This document shows positions 6,940-17,344 of a stretch of 64,000 nucleotides of DNA, one piece after another. The stretch lies in NCBI GenBank assembly GCA_963792585.1, contig CAWBWI010000003.1, positions 934,299-998,298 of the forward strand, in the 5' to 3' direction. The position numbers were made by a program, and so were the translations under genes. Each line of letters opens with the position of its first letter. Position 1 is the stretch's first letter. The notes under the pieces are model-generated. The model did not search any database, had not been told where the DNA came from, and saw only the letters and a program-made list of their open reading frames with translations. The DNA comes from Candidatus Eiseniibacteriota bacterium (GTDB taxonomy: Bacteria; Eisenbacteria; RBG-16-71-46; CAIMUX01; VGJL01).

Positions 6940-9900
6940 TCAAACCTCCCGGAGAATCCCGGGGCGCAGGAAGTAGAGCTGCGCGCTCACGGGCGAGCCG
7001 AAGAGGCTCCGTACGGCGCGACGATAGATCTCCATCTGGCCCTTGTACAATGCAACACGTCGCTCGAGGGTCTCGCCTTCGGAGACCCGGTCCGATTTCC
7101 AGTCGACCACGATCCAGCCGTCGTCGGCCGCGAGGATCAGATCGATCCTTCCCTGGACGAGGACCCAGGGATCGGCCGCCCTGGAATCGTCCTCGCGGGC
7201 GATGCGGAGCCCGCCGTCTTCTCCCCCCACGATCCAATCCTGCCAGTCCGGGGACGCGAGAATCTCCGCCCGAAGATCCGGCAGCCATCGCGCCACCTCC
7301 AGGAGCGGCAGGCGCAGGCTGAACGCGACCTCCCGGTGCACCGTCGGGTTCGTCGCGAGCGCTCCGCCGATCGGCATCGCGAGCAGGCGGGCGAGCGACT
7401 CTCGCAGCATCCGCGCCACCTCATTGGAGACCCCGCCGACGCGCGCGGCGGCAGCGGCGATCCGTGCCTCCAGATTGTCGGGATGCAGGTCGGTGAGATC
7501 GATCCTCTCGAGGAGCGCGTGAATCAGCGTTCCCTCGCTCGCGGCGGCCTCCGGCGCAATGAGCGGCGTCGCGGGTTCGTCGGGGGAGTCCTCGCCCGCG
7601 CCTGCCCCTTCGATGACCGCCTCGACGTCGCGGCCGCTCTTGAACTCCGTCGCCCAGATCTTCCCGCGCGCGGATGCGAGCAGACCGGGGGAGGGAAGGG
7701 GGGACTTCGTCGCGGCGAGGTCTACGGCTTCCGTCGCCTCGGGGTCCTCCCCGCCGGGAACCTCGACGGCCACGCCCCGGCGCAGCGCTTCCTCGATCGC
7801 GCGAATCCTGTTCGGCGGCGGCGGGAGTTCCTCGCGCTTCCGCGGCGAGATCCAGCGCACGCGGAGCGGGTGCCCCTCGACCGGTCCATCCGTCGCGGGC
7901 AAGCTCGGGAGCGCATAGATCATCCACGAGACGGGGTGGGGCTTCTTTCCGAGCAGACAGCGGATCGTCGCCCGCTCGACTTCGTCCCGCTGCCCCATCG
8001 AGGCCGCATACGTGCGGAAGAGAGGATCGGGGACCGACGAGCGCGGCTCGAGGATGCCTGCGAGGATCAGGCGGTCCCGCGCGCGTGTGAGGGCGACGTA
8101 GAGGACGCGCTTTTCCTCGGCAAGGTCGTCGTCCTTGGCGGTGTCGATCAACAGACGCAACGGGATCGGTTGGCGCAGAACGTAGGTCGCGCGATCCAGG
8201 AGGCGCACGCCGAGATACTCGCGTCCCGGGACGAGGGCGCTCGCGCGCGCGCCGAGCTGATAGCGTCGTCCCATCTCGGCCATGATGACGACGGGGAACT
8301 CGAGCCCCTTCGCCTTGTGCACCGTGAGGATCCGAACTGCGGGAACCGACTCGGACGAGACGGGCGCCTCGAAGATCTTCGCCTTCCCCGCGCGCAAGAG
8401 ATCGATCCAGCGGATGAACCGGGTGAGGCTCGGGCCGGCGTCCTGCGCGTAGCGGCGCGCGATGCCGTGGAACTTGCGGAGGTTCGCGCGCCGTCTGAGG
8501 CCGCCCGGGAGCGATGCGACGCTGCGCGGCAGGCCCGTCTCCGACAGGATCCTGCCCACGAGGTCGGGCAGCTCGCTCCAGCCTGCCGCTTCCCTCCAGC
8601 GGAGGAAAGCGCCGAGCGCCTCCGCGGCTCGTGCGGGGAGGGTCGAGAAGGGAGGCTCCTCGGGAAGATCGGCCGCATCACCAAGCAGCGTCCCGCGGGC
8701 GTCCTCATCCTCGGGGAAGAGGGCGCGGGCGTGTCGATCGTCGCCGGTCGCGCGGTCCGCGAGGCCCGCGAGGGCGAAGGCGAGGTGCATCGCGCGCGGG
8801 TAGGCCAGGCGCGCGGCGAGCAACTCGGCGTCCGCCCACTGAAATGCGGGGGACCGAAGGGCTGCGGCGAGCGTGATGTCATCGAGCAGATTGTCGACGC
8901 CGCGCAAGAGGTTGGTGATGTCCCGCACCTCCTGCGCCTCGAAGAACGACTCCCCGGTCGCGACGGAACAGGGGATCCCTTCCTCCTCGAGGCGTCGCGC
9001 GAGCGCAGGAGCGCTGGCGTGCGCGCGCATCAGGATCGCGATATCCGAAAAGCCGATGGAGCGCGTCTTTCCGCTGTCCTCGTCGCGCACCGTTCCCGAA
9101 GCGACGAGATCCCGGATCCGCGCGGCGATCGCCCCCCACTCCGCGTCGTGCAGGTCGGGCTTCTCCCCGGCAGCGCCCTCCTCCGTGAGTTCATCACCCT
9201 CCGCATCGCCGGAAGCTGGCGCGGCGGCGTCGCGGACGAGCATGACCTCCACGTCGGGATCGTCCGGCGTCGGCTTTCGTCCCGGGACGAGCGCCTGCCG
9301 GTCGTAGGGGGTGCCGATCTCCTCCTCGAAGAAGAGGCCCCGCGCGATCTCGTTGGCCACGCGAATCACCGGCGGGAGGCTGCGGTAGTTCTTCGGCAGC
9401 AGGACGTTCCATTCCGCGATGGCATCGGGCGCTTCCCCGCGCTCGCGCACGAGCGGTCGGCTGCGGCCGAGTTCGCGAATGATCGTCGGGTCGGCCAGGC
9501 GGAACTGGTAGATCGACTGCTTCACGTCGCCCACACGAAAGATCCGCGTTGGGTCGCAGAGCTGCTCGAGGAGCCGGTGCTGGAGACCGTTGACGTCTTG
9601 GAATTCGTCGATGAAGACCCTCTCGAACCGGATCGCCTGATCGGTCCCGGCGAGTCGCTCCACGAGGCGGAGCGCCTGGATCTGGAGATCCTCGAAATCG
9701 AGCCTGCCCGTGCGCCCCTTGGCGACCTCGTAGGCGGCGCCGACCTCGCGGGCGAGATCGATCAGGCCGAAGGCATAGCGCGACGCCTCGGATTCCTCAC
9801 GCAGAACGCGCCCTTCATCGATCGGCATCTCGACGATCCACGGCGACGTGAAGGCCTCGGAGACGAGCTTGCGCAGCGGCCCCACCCGGCCGCCTTCGCC

Positions 9901-10773
9901 GGCCGGCACGGCCGGCACAGCGATCTTCAGAGGATCGGTCCCCTTGATGAACTTCGCAGCCTCGAGCCGCGCGATCGCGGCCCGCTGGCCGTCCGGCGCG
10001 CCGAGGGAGTCCGGGTCGATCCCCTCCACTGCTTCCAGGAAGGCGGTCCAGCGGGCCGTCGCGGGAATCGCCTCGACGAGTGCCCGAAGGAGCCCGGTCG
10101 CCTCACGCCAGACGCGCGCCATGCGCGCCGCGTAGTCGAGGCGCCAGACGAGGTCTTGCCAGCCCGTGGGCTTGTGGGCGAGGCGCGCGGCATGCTGATC
10201 CAGATAGCGCTCGGGGGCCTCGGAGGCGCGGGCGCGTTCGAGCAGGTCCCGCACGACGCCGCGGAGCTTCTCGCCGTCGGTGTCGAAACCGCACATCTCG
10301 ACGAGCTGCTCGAAGATCTCCTCGCTCTGCTTTTGCAGCCCCCGCTCATAGCGGGCGTGGAACACGCGTGTCGTGGCGTCGGTGAGCAACAGCTGGGCGT
10401 CCTCGGCCGAGAGGACGCGGAAGCGCGGATCGACACCAGCGTGATCGAAGTGTTCACGCAGGAGTCGCTGGCAGAAGGAGTGGATCGTGGAGATCCGCGC
10501 CTGGGGAAGGCGCAGGCGGTGGTGCGCGAGATCGTCGCGCTTACCCAGGGCGCGGTAGATCTTGTTCTTCATCTCCGTGGCGGCCTTGTCGGTGAAGGTC
10601 ACCACGAGGATCTGATCGAGGGAGACGCCCTCCTGGAGGGCGGCGAGAACGCTCTCCACGAGGATCGTCGTCTTGCCAGAACCCGCGCCCGCGGAGACGA
10701 GAAGGTCCCGCTCGCGGTTGCCTGCAAGCTGCTCGACGACGAGCTTCTGGATGTCGGAAAGTGGAAAGCTCAC
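6940..10773 (-). CDS. addA: ATP-dependent helicase/nuclease subunit A (AddA-type, UvrD-like helicase plus C-terminal PD-(D/E)XK nuclease)
   Basis: Walker A VSAGAGSGKTTIL. UvrD-type helicase motifs (FTDKAATEM, IDEFQDVN, LPKNYRS, VHKAKGLEFPVV, LYVALTRA). C-terminal nuclease GRIDLILAADDGWIVVDWKSD. 4-bp overlap with the addB stop. Confidence 0.85.
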   Translation of the reverse strand: MSFPLSDIQKLVVEQLAGNRERDLLVSAGAGSGKTTILVESVLAALQEGVSLDQILVVTFTDKAATEMKNKIYRALGKRDDLAHHRLRLPQARISTIHSFCQRLLREHFDHAGVDPRFRVLSAEDAQLLLTDATTRVFHARYERGLQKQSEEIFEQLVEMCGFDTDGEKLRGVVRDLLERARASEAPERYLDQHAARLAHKPTGWQDLVWRLDYAARMARVWREATGLLRALVEAIPATARWTAFLEAVEGIDPDSLGAPDGQRAAIARLEAAKFIKGTDPLKIAVPAVPAGEGGRVGPLRKLVSEAFTSPWIVEMPIDEGRVLREESEASRYAFGLIDLAREVGAAYEVAKGRTGRLDFEDLQIQALRLVERLAGTDQAIRFERVFIDEFQDVNGLQHRLLEQLCDPTRIFRVGDVKQSIYQFRLADPTIIRELGRSRPLVRERGEAPDAIAEWNVLLPKNYRSLPPVIRVANEIARGLFFEEEIGTPYDRQALVPGRKPTPDDPDVEVMLVRDAAAPASGDAEGDELTEEGAAGEKPDLHDAEWGAIAARIRDLVASGTVRDEDSGKTRSIGFSDIAILMRAHASAPALARRLEEEGIPCSVATGESFFEAQEVRDITNLLRGVDNLLDDITLAAALRSPAFQWADAELLAARLAYPRAMHLAFALAGLADRATGDDRHARALFPEDEDARGTLLGDAADLPEEPPFSTLPARAAEALGAFLRWREAAGWSELPDLVGRILSETGLPRSVASLPGGLRRRANLRKFHGIARRYAQDAGPSLTRFIRWIDLLRAGKAKIFEAPVSSESVPAVRILTVHKAKGLEFPVVIMAEMGRRYQLGARASALVPGREYLGVRLLDRATYVLRQPIPLRLLIDTAKDDDLAEEKRVLYVALTRARDRLILAGILEPRSSVPDPLFRTYAASMGQRDEVERATIRCLLGKKPHPVSWMIYALPSLPATDGPVEGHPLRVRWISPRKREELPPPPNRIRAIEEALRRGVAVEVPGGEDPEATEAVDLAATKSPLPSPGLLASARGKIWATEFKSGRDVEAVIEGAGAGEDSPDEPATPLIAPEAAASEGTLIHALLERIDLTDLHPDNLEARIAAAAARVGGVSNEVARMLRESLARLLAMPIGGALATNPTVHREVAFSLRLPLLEVARWLPDLRAEILASPDWQDWIVGGEDGGLRIAREDDSRAADPWVLVQGRIDLILAADDGWIVVDWKSDRVSEGETLERRVALYKGQMEIYRRAVRSLFGSPVSAQLYFLRPGILREV

Positions 10774-13700
10774 GGCGCTCGCCTTTCCGTTTCGAGCCCC
10801 TCCTTGGGCGTCCTGCGCGTCGGGTTGTACATTTCGTCCACGCGGCAGAGGGCGCGAAATTCACAGCTATCGCACGGCGTTCTCCCCGCCGTCTCCGAGG
10901 GGGCGACGTCGATCCGTCCCGCGAGGATCGCGCGAGCGTAGAGAGCGAGCGTGTCGCGGGCCCCGTCGAGCAGAACGCGGAGTTCCCCGCGCGTCGCGAG
11001 CGGCGGGCGGGAGCCGCGGATCAGTTTCAGCTCGCCGGCGATCCGACCCCAGTCCTCCGTCGGGACGAGACCCGCGAGCCGGATGTCGAGCGGATTGCTC
11101 GCGTCGGCGGATGCCTTGGTTGCCGGCCGCGGTAGGACGGGCGCGTAGAGGGCGCCGAAGGGGCGCATCCCGAAGATCTCCTCGACGACGAGAAGATAGA
11201 CGGCGAGCTGCAGATCGGATCCGCGCGCCACGTCCACGGGGCGCCCCTTCTGGGCGACCGAGCCCGACTTGTAGTCGATCACGAGCGCTTCGAGGTGGGG
11301 CTCCTTGCCGAATACGTCGATCCGGTCGATCCGGCCCCGCAAGAGCAGTTCGGCGCCGTCCCCGAGCGAGATTCGCAACGGCGGCGTCTCGGCTGTGCCG
11401 AAGGCCTTCTCGAACGAGTCCGGGCGAAACTCGGAGGCGCCAAGACGCCGGGCCTCGATCTCGACGAAGCGGGCGAGCTGTCCGCGCGCGGCATCCCAGC
11501 GCAGGCGTCCTCCCGGAGTCACGCTGAAGACCCGCAGATTCGGATCGTCCTCGATCGACTCGAAGACCTTCTTGAGGCGCCGGGCGATCTCCTTGCGATC
11601 GTCCGGGGGAGGTCCCTGTTCCAGGAGGACCTCGAGGGCCCTGTGCGTCAGAAGCCCGCCCTCGAGCGGCGTGACTTCCGCCTCGGGGCGGCGCTGGAGT
11701 CGCAGCATGGAACGTGCAAAGTGCTGGTATGGGCAGCGCGCGAAGGACTCGAGGCGGCTAACGCTCGCCTCCAGCCGCCGATCGCGAATTGCCAGTCGCA
11801 CGATCTCCGGCGGCAGGGTTGGGTGGTTGTCGTATCCCCAAAGCCGACTCGTCTCGCGCAGAAACCTCGGCGCCGCTTCGGTCAGGCCGGGTGGGGGTAG
11901 GACGAGTCGGTTGTACACCGTGAGGATGCGCCGATCGTCCGGGGTGGCGCGCTCCGGGTCCGGCTCGCGGCCGCGTCCCGACGTGCGGCGATCGAGGCGG
12001 GAGGCGATGTAGGCGCCCACGCGGGCCGCCAGTTCCTCCGCGGTTTGCGCTTCGCGCAGGTCGGCCGGATCCTCCTCGATTGGCGGCGGCTGCTCTTCGA
12101 GTCCGGGGAGGGCGGCGCGGATTTCTTCGAGGAAGGGCGAGGGGTCGAGCGAAGACCCTTCGAGGTCGGTTGTGGGACGCGTGAGGACGAGTCGCTCGGA
12201 GGCGCGCGTGATCGCGATGTAGAGGAAGTACCCTTCCGCCTCCTGGCGCAACGGATCGGAAGGCCCCAGGTCGAGGCCGAGCCGCGTGAGTTCCGCGCGC
12301 TCGCGGTCGTTGAAGAAGCGCTCGGAGGCGACCGGACGGGGGAAATCGCGGGCGGAGAGTCCGCCCACGATCGCGCGGCGCACTTCCCCGAGTCGGGAGC
12401 GCTGCACCTCCGCCAGCGTGACGGTGTCCAGGCGTGTGGGCGTGCGACCGAGCTGGAGCGAGCCGAGCCCCGCGGCGAGCATGCGCGCGAACTCCTCGGG
12501 TGGGAGAGGGCCCGCCGCGATCTCCGCGGCGATCTGATCCAGGACATGCTCCACGGCCTCGACCTCGCGCCGGTGATCCGTGTCTTCGGACCGTGTTTCG
12601 ATCCCGGTCGAGGCGATCCAGGCGCGCAAATCACCCACGGCCGCGAGGCCGCTCAGGCCCGTCCTTCGGAGACGCCCCTCGAGACGCCGGAGCGGTTCGA
12701 GGTACTCACGGCGCAGGCGGTTGCTGATCGACGTGCGGATTTCTTCGCGCGCATCGACGTCGAGGCCGGAGGCGCCTTCGGACTCCTCTTCCTCGGCCGC
12801 TTCCGCCTCGGGGAAATCGGTCGTCGACGTTTCCTCGGGTCGGTCTCCGCTGCTGCGGGTGAATCGCGCGCGCGGGGGGCGGCGCAGCGGCCGCCATTCC
12901 GCGCCGGTCCACTGCTCGAAGTCGTAGCCGGTCTCGAGGGAGAGGTTCTCGAGGATGTCGACTTCGCCGCCACGCGCTCCCAGCAGCGGCGAGCGAAGGA
13001 GTGCGATCACGGATTCCCGTTGCCATCCGCTATTGATGACGTCGAGCGCATCCAGAATCGTCCGAACCATCGGCCGTGAGGAGATGTCCCAATGGCGGTC
13101 GACGAAGACGGGAATGTGAAAGCGCGCGAATGTCTCTTCGACGATAGGCCGATAGGTCTCGAGGTCGCGAACGATGATCACGATCTCGCCGGGACGGATG
13201 GAATCTTTGTCGAGTCGGATCCACCGATCGATCCGGCGCGCCCAGATTTCGACCTCGTGGGACGGATCGCGGGCAGCGAGCATCTCGACATCGGGGGAAG
13301 GGGGGAGCCCCGGAGATCCGTCGCCGGCCGCCGCCGTCGTCTTGGGGGTCTTCGGCGCACTCGCTGCGGATTCCCTCCCGGGGCGCTTCAACAGGCCCGC
13401 CTCGATCCGCAGCAAGTCGTCCGACCGGAAGCGTGGGGGCGGGCCCTCGAGCGCCTCGATCCGCGTGGAGAGCCCGGCGGCGTGAATGCGCGCGCGCACT
13501 TCCGCCAGCGTCCGTAGGGGCGCCAGGAAGGCCGGTCGATCGACCCGGCCGGCGAATCCGGTGGGCCACTCGTCGATGCGGCAACGGGGCGGCATGGGGG
13601 AGAGACTCGGGAGCAGGTCGGCCAACTTCGGGTCGACGCATATGGCGATCGTCAGAAAGGCGCCGGCCTGGCCGATCGCCGCGAGGATCTCGGTTTCCAT

Positions 13701-14366
13701 GCGGGTGAAGCTCAGAAAGCCGTCGACGATGATCGGTCGATCGCGGAAGAGCTCCGGACGCGCGGCGATTCGCGCGGGCGCGTCGAGAAGGAGCAACTCG
13801 GGATCGCGCAGCCCGCGGGCGGCGAGCGCTTCGTCGTAGGCCCGCCGAAGGCCCGCCAGCGTCGCGAGCTTTGCGCGCAGATCCTTCGAGACGTCGGTTC
13901 GGGTCCCCAGGCTGGCGAACCAATCGCCCGCCTTAGGCCCCGATTCGGCCCGGATCTCCTGCAGGACGCGCACCAGACTCTCGATGAACCCCGGTCGGTC
14001 GGCCACCGCCTCGAAGGGCCGGCGCAGCGAGGGGTCGAGGCGCCCGAAGAGTGCCCGCAGGAGGATCCGTCGCCCCGATCGATCGAGGGTGTGGGAGCGG
14101 GCCGCCGAGACGGGATCCTCGAGGAGGAGGGCCAGCCGTCGGAAGGAGACCACGCGGACGTGCCGGATGGCCTCGGGTCCCGGCGGCTCGAGGAGTTGGC
14201 GGTCCGCGAGATAGGTCGACTGCTCGGGGACGAGGTAGAAGGCGCTCTCCCCGACCGCTTCGGAAACGCGAAGTCGATCGATCGAGATGGCCGTCTTCCC
14301 CGACCCGGCGGGGCCGAGCAGAAAGACGACCTCGCGGGTGCGTTCGTCCTGCGCGTCCGGGATCAT
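10770..14366 (-). CDS. addB: helicase/nuclease subunit B (AddB-type, Fe-S cluster nuclease)
   Basis: LLGPAGSGKT about 20 residues after Met at 14366. Cys ligand set CPYQHF plus CDSCEFRALC (C-x2-C-x5-C). Nuclease motif RIDRIDV..LVIDYKSG. The track ORF extends to 14504 only by reading through a 12-bp tandem repeat. Confidence 0.8.
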   Translation of the reverse strand: MIPDAQDERTREVVFLLGPAGSGKTAISIDRLRVSEAVGESAFYLVPEQSTYLADRQLLEPPGPEAIRHVRVVSFRRLALLLEDPVSAARSHTLDRSGRRILLRALFGRLDPSLRRPFEAVADRPGFIESLVRVLQEIRAESGPKAGDWFASLGTRTDVSKDLRAKLATLAGLRRAYDEALAARGLRDPELLLLDAPARIAARPELFRDRPIIVDGFLSFTRMETEILAAIGQAGAFLTIAICVDPKLADLLPSLSPMPPRCRIDEWPTGFAGRVDRPAFLAPLRTLAEVRARIHAAGLSTRIEALEGPPPRFRSDDLLRIEAGLLKRPGRESAASAPKTPKTTAAAGDGSPGLPPSPDVEMLAARDPSHEVEIWARRIDRWIRLDKDSIRPGEIVIIVRDLETYRPIVEETFARFHIPVFVDRHWDISSRPMVRTILDALDVINSGWQRESVIALLRSPLLGARGGEVDILENLSLETGYDFEQWTGAEWRPLRRPPRARFTRSSGDRPEETSTTDFPEAEAAEEEESEGASGLDVDAREEIRTSISNRLRREYLEPLRRLEGRLRRTGLSGLAAVGDLRAWIASTGIETRSEDTDHRREVEAVEHVLDQIAAEIAAGPLPPEEFARMLAAGLGSLQLGRTPTRLDTVTLAEVQRSRLGEVRRAIVGGLSARDFPRPVASERFFNDRERAELTRLGLDLGPSDPLRQEAEGYFLYIAITRASERLVLTRPTTDLEGSSLDPSPFLEEIRAALPGLEEQPPPIEEDPADLREAQTAEELAARVGAYIASRLDRRTSGRGREPDPERATPDDRRILTVYNRLVLPPPGLTEAAPRFLRETSRLWGYDNHPTLPPEIVRLAIRDRRLEASVSRLESFARCPYQHFARSMLRLQRRPEAEVTPLEGGLLTHRALEVLLEQGPPPDDRKEIARRLKKVFESIEDDPNLRVFSVTPGGRLRWDAARGQLARFVEIEARRLGASEFRPDSFEKAFGTAETPPLRISLGDGAELLLRGRIDRIDVFGKEPHLEALVIDYKSGSVAQKGRPVDVARGSDLQLAVYLLVVEEIFGMRPFGALYAPVLPRPATKASADASNPLDIRLAGLVPTEDWGRIAGELKLIRGSRPPLATRGELRVLLDGARDTLALYARAILAGRIDVAPSETAGRTPCDSCEFRALCRVDEMYNPTRRTPKEGLETERRAP

Positions 14367-14470
14367 CGGGTATTCGCCCTCATGACGCGCGGAGTCTACG
14401 CGGCGCGTGCCCCTGAGGAAAGGCGCCTGCGGGGATCGCGCCGTGGGCCGGCCGGACTCGCCGGCGGCTC

Positions 14471-14504
14471 GCAGATCCACCCGCAGATCCACCCGCAGAT
14501 CCAC
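14471..14504. repeat. 12-bp tandem repeat GCAGATCCACCC, about 2.8 copies
   Basis: Read directly: gcagatccaccc gcagatccaccc gcagatccac. Lies in the divergent addB/fpr intergenic region. Confidence 0.9.
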
Positions 14505-14608
14505 GACGGTCGCCCTCGATTCCCTCTGCGCGACGGCCCGGGTCCGCTTGACGCCTCAGCCACGGCACGCCAGGATCAGGCCGTTCGCGCCCGGCCGGGA
14601 GGGAATCG

Positions 14609-15418
14609 ATGGCGGTCCTGGAGTACAACGCGACCTTGATCCAGCGCGTCGAAATCGCGCCGGGCCTCGTGATCCTTCGAATCGTCCCCGATCTCCTGCC
14701 GTTTCACTTCGAGGCGGGGCAGTACACGGTCCTCGGCATGAAGCAGGGCGAACCCCGGATCGCCAACGCCGAGATCGAGGATACGCCCCTCGAGCCAGAG
14801 AGGATGATCCGGCGAGCCTACTCGATCGCCTCCTCGAGCAAAGCGGACGAGTACGTCGAGTTTTATATCACCATGATGGCCAGCGGAGAGCTCACGCCGC
14901 GTCTCCTCAATCTGGCTGTGCGGGACCGGCTCTGGATGGGACCGAAGGCGACGGGGCTCTTCACCCTCGATCGCGTTCCGCCGGACAGACACGTCCTGTT
15001 GGTGGGAACCGGGACGGGGCTCGCGCCCTACATGAGCATGCTCCGCTCCGAGTTGGTATGCGGGGGGCCGCGCCGGTTCATCGTTCTGCACGGGGCGCGC
15101 TTTTCGTGGGACCTCGGGTACCGGACGGAGCTGACGACCCTATCGCGCCTCTGTTCGAACATGACCTATCTTCCCGTGATCTCCCGGCCGCAGGAGGACC
15201 CGACGTGGAGAGGTCTGGGAGGCTATTTGCAGGACGTCCTCGTTTCGGACGTGATCCCGGAGAGGACGGGACTCGCGGTCACTCCGGGGAATTTCCACGT
15301 CTTTCTCTGCGGGAATCCGGCGATGATCGATGAAGCGACCGCGAGGATGAGCGCCCGCGGCTTCGTCCCCGACAAAGGGCGCGTGAGCGGAAGTCTCCAC
15401 ACGGAAGTCTACTGGTAG
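14609..15418 (+). CDS. fpr: ferredoxin--NADP(+) reductase (Fpr type)
   Basis: RAYSIAS FAD-binding motif, GTGTGLAPYMSML NADP-binding motif, C-terminal ..HTEVYW, ~270 aa. Confidence 0.85.
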   Translation: MAVLEYNATLIQRVEIAPGLVILRIVPDLLPFHFEAGQYTVLGMKQGEPRIANAEIEDTPLEPERMIRRAYSIASSSKADEYVEFYITMMASGELTPRLLNLAVRDRLWMGPKATGLFTLDRVPPDRHVLLVGTGTGLAPYMSMLRSELVCGGPRRFIVLHGARFSWDLGYRTELTTLSRLCSNMTYLPVISRPQEDPTWRGLGGYLQDVLVSDVIPERTGLAVTPGNFHVFLCGNPAMIDEATARMSARGFVPDKGRVSGSLHTEVYW

Positions 15419-15428
15419 GAGGGGCCGC

Positions 15429-16484
15429 ATGCGGATGAGGGTGATTCTGATCTTGTTGACGGGCCTTGTTCTGTCGACGCGGGCGGGCGCCGACGCAGTT
15501 GTCTTCAGGCCGGCGGCGGAACCGCGCGAGAACGCCTTCACCGTGCTGGTTCCCGACGGCTGGCGCAGCGAAGGAGGCATCTTCCGTGTCGATCCGAACG
15601 CCGCGGGCGGGGCGCTCCAATCGATCGCTGCGAAGTGCGATTTCGCGATCAAGAGCGACGATGCCGGGACCGTCATGCTGCGCTGGTTGCCCGACATGCT
15701 CTACTTCGACTCCCGCGGGACGCCGATCGGACAGACCGGGCTCTTCCCGCCGGGGAGCAACTACAACGGCGCGACCGTCATGCCGCTCGTCTTGCCCGCG
15801 CAATTCCTGGCCGGGGTCGCCTTTCCGTACGCTCACCCGTGCGCCGGCGAGGTCCAGATCGTCGATCAAAAGTCCCTCCCGAGTCTGGCGGGGAAGTACC
15901 GGCAGTGGGCCTCGATCGCCATGGCCGGGATGACTTTCGGCTACGAGGCGGCCATGGCAACGGTCACGTATACCGAGGGAGGGACCGCGTACAAGGAGCG
16001 GATGCTCTGCGTCATCGAGAACTGGGGGCAGATGGGCGCCGGACTCTGGGGGAACAAGGAGACGCTCTTCTTCCGCGCCCCCGCGGCCGAGTTCGACCGG
16101 TGGGTTCCGTACTTGCACGTCATCCAGAACTCCGTGCGGATCAGCCCGGAATGGATGGAGGGGGAGATTCGGGGACAGATCCAGCGTGGCGAGATCGCGC
16201 GCCAGACGCAGCAGGAGATCGCGCGCATCGATCGGGAGATCGTGGAGCACCGCAGAAGCACCAACGCCGAAATCAACAACGACATGTTTCTCACCCTCAC
16301 GGGGCAAGAGGATTTCGTCAACCCGTTCACCAACGAAGTCGAGAGAGACACCGGCGAGTGGAAGTACCGGTGGACCGACGCGAGTGGCGTGCGGATCTTC
16401 TCGAACGAGGAGCGTTACGACCCGAACCACGATATCGAGCTCAACAAGACGGGATTCAAGCGGACCCCCGTCCGGGAACGGTAG
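15429..16484 (+). CDS. hypothetical secreted protein
   Basis: Signal-like N-terminus MRMRVILILLTGLVLSTRAGADA. Coherent codon usage. No motif I recognise. Confidence 0.5.
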   Translation: MRMRVILILLTGLVLSTRAGADAVVFRPAAEPRENAFTVLVPDGWRSEGGIFRVDPNAAGGALQSIAAKCDFAIKSDDAGTVMLRWLPDMLYFDSRGTPIGQTGLFPPGSNYNGATVMPLVLPAQFLAGVAFPYAHPCAGEVQIVDQKSLPSLAGKYRQWASIAMAGMTFGYEAAMATVTYTEGGTAYKERMLCVIENWGQMGAGLWGNKETLFFRAPAAEFDRWVPYLHVIQNSVRISPEWMEGEIRGQIQRGEIARQTQQEIARIDREIVEHRRSTNAEINNDMFLTLTGQEDFVNPFTNEVERDTGEWKYRWTDASGVRIFSNEERYDPNHDIELNKTGFKRTPVRER

Positions 16485-16492
16485 AGAAGGCG

Positions 16493-17272
16493 ATGACACA
16501 GTCCTGGATTCTCGCGACCTGGAACGTCAACTCGGTCAAGATGAGGGCCGATGCGGTCACGGCATGGCTCGAGGAACGAAAGCCCGGCATGCTCGCGTTG
16601 CAGGAAATCAAGCTGACCGAGGAGACATTCCCCGCGGCGGCCTTCGCTGGAGCCGGCTACGGCGCCGCGGTCCACGGGCAGAAGACCTACAACGGTGTGG
16701 CGCTCCTCTCTCCCGACGCGGTCGAGGAGGTCTCGAAGGGCCTGCCCGAGATGGAGGAGGATCCGCAGGCGCGGCTGATCAAGGCGCGCCGCGGGGATGT
16801 CACCGTCATCAATGTGTACGTTCCGAACGGTTCGGAGGTGGGCTCCGACAAGTACGCATACAAGCTGCGGTGGCTCGATGCGCTCGCGCGCCATCTGGAG
16901 GCGCGGCATCGCCCGGACGAGCCGCTCGCTGTCGTCGGCGATTTCAACGTGGCCCCGGAGGCGCGTGACATCTACGACCCCGTGGCGTTCAAGGACCAGG
17001 TCCTCTTCAGCGAGCCCGAGCGGGCCGCCCTCGGGCGCCTGACGGACTGGGGGCTCGTCGACCTGTTTCGTCGCTTCCACGAAGAGGCGGGACTCTATTC
17101 CTGGTGGGACTACCGCGCCGCGGCCTTCCGCAGGAAGATGGGAGCGCGGATCGATCTGATCCTCGCCACCCGGCCCCTCGCGGACCGTGCTCTGCGTTGC
17201 GAGATCGACATCGAGCCCCGCCGTCGCGAGAAACCCTCCGACCATACCCCCGTCTGGGCCGAGTTCTCCTAG
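16493..17272 (+). CDS. xthA: exodeoxyribonuclease III
   Basis: MTQSWILATWNVNSVK.., LALQEIK, VVGDFNVAP, PSDHTPVWAEFS. Only the last 259 codons of track ORF 15635..17272 belong to it. Confidence 0.9.
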   Translation: MTQSWILATWNVNSVKMRADAVTAWLEERKPGMLALQEIKLTEETFPAAAFAGAGYGAAVHGQKTYNGVALLSPDAVEEVSKGLPEMEEDPQARLIKARRGDVTVINVYVPNGSEVGSDKYAYKLRWLDALARHLEARHRPDEPLAVVGDFNVAPEARDIYDPVAFKDQVLFSEPERAALGRLTDWGLVDLFRRFHEEAGLYSWWDYRAAAFRRKMGARIDLILATRPLADRALRCEIDIEPRRREKPSDHTPVWAEFS

Positions 17273-17344
17273 CCGGGTTCCCCCAGGTTGCGACCTTCCC
17301 GCCGGCCCGCTACAGTCAGTGCGGGTTCGGTAAAGGAGGTTGTG

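Noticed and set aside
6859-10941. 1360-aa ORF on the + strand, the longest in the track
   Set aside because: It is antisense to addA, which has unambiguous helicase and nuclease motifs. Its translation is an R/G/E/A/P-rich low-complexity string with no motif. This is the typical shadow ORF of high-GC DNA.
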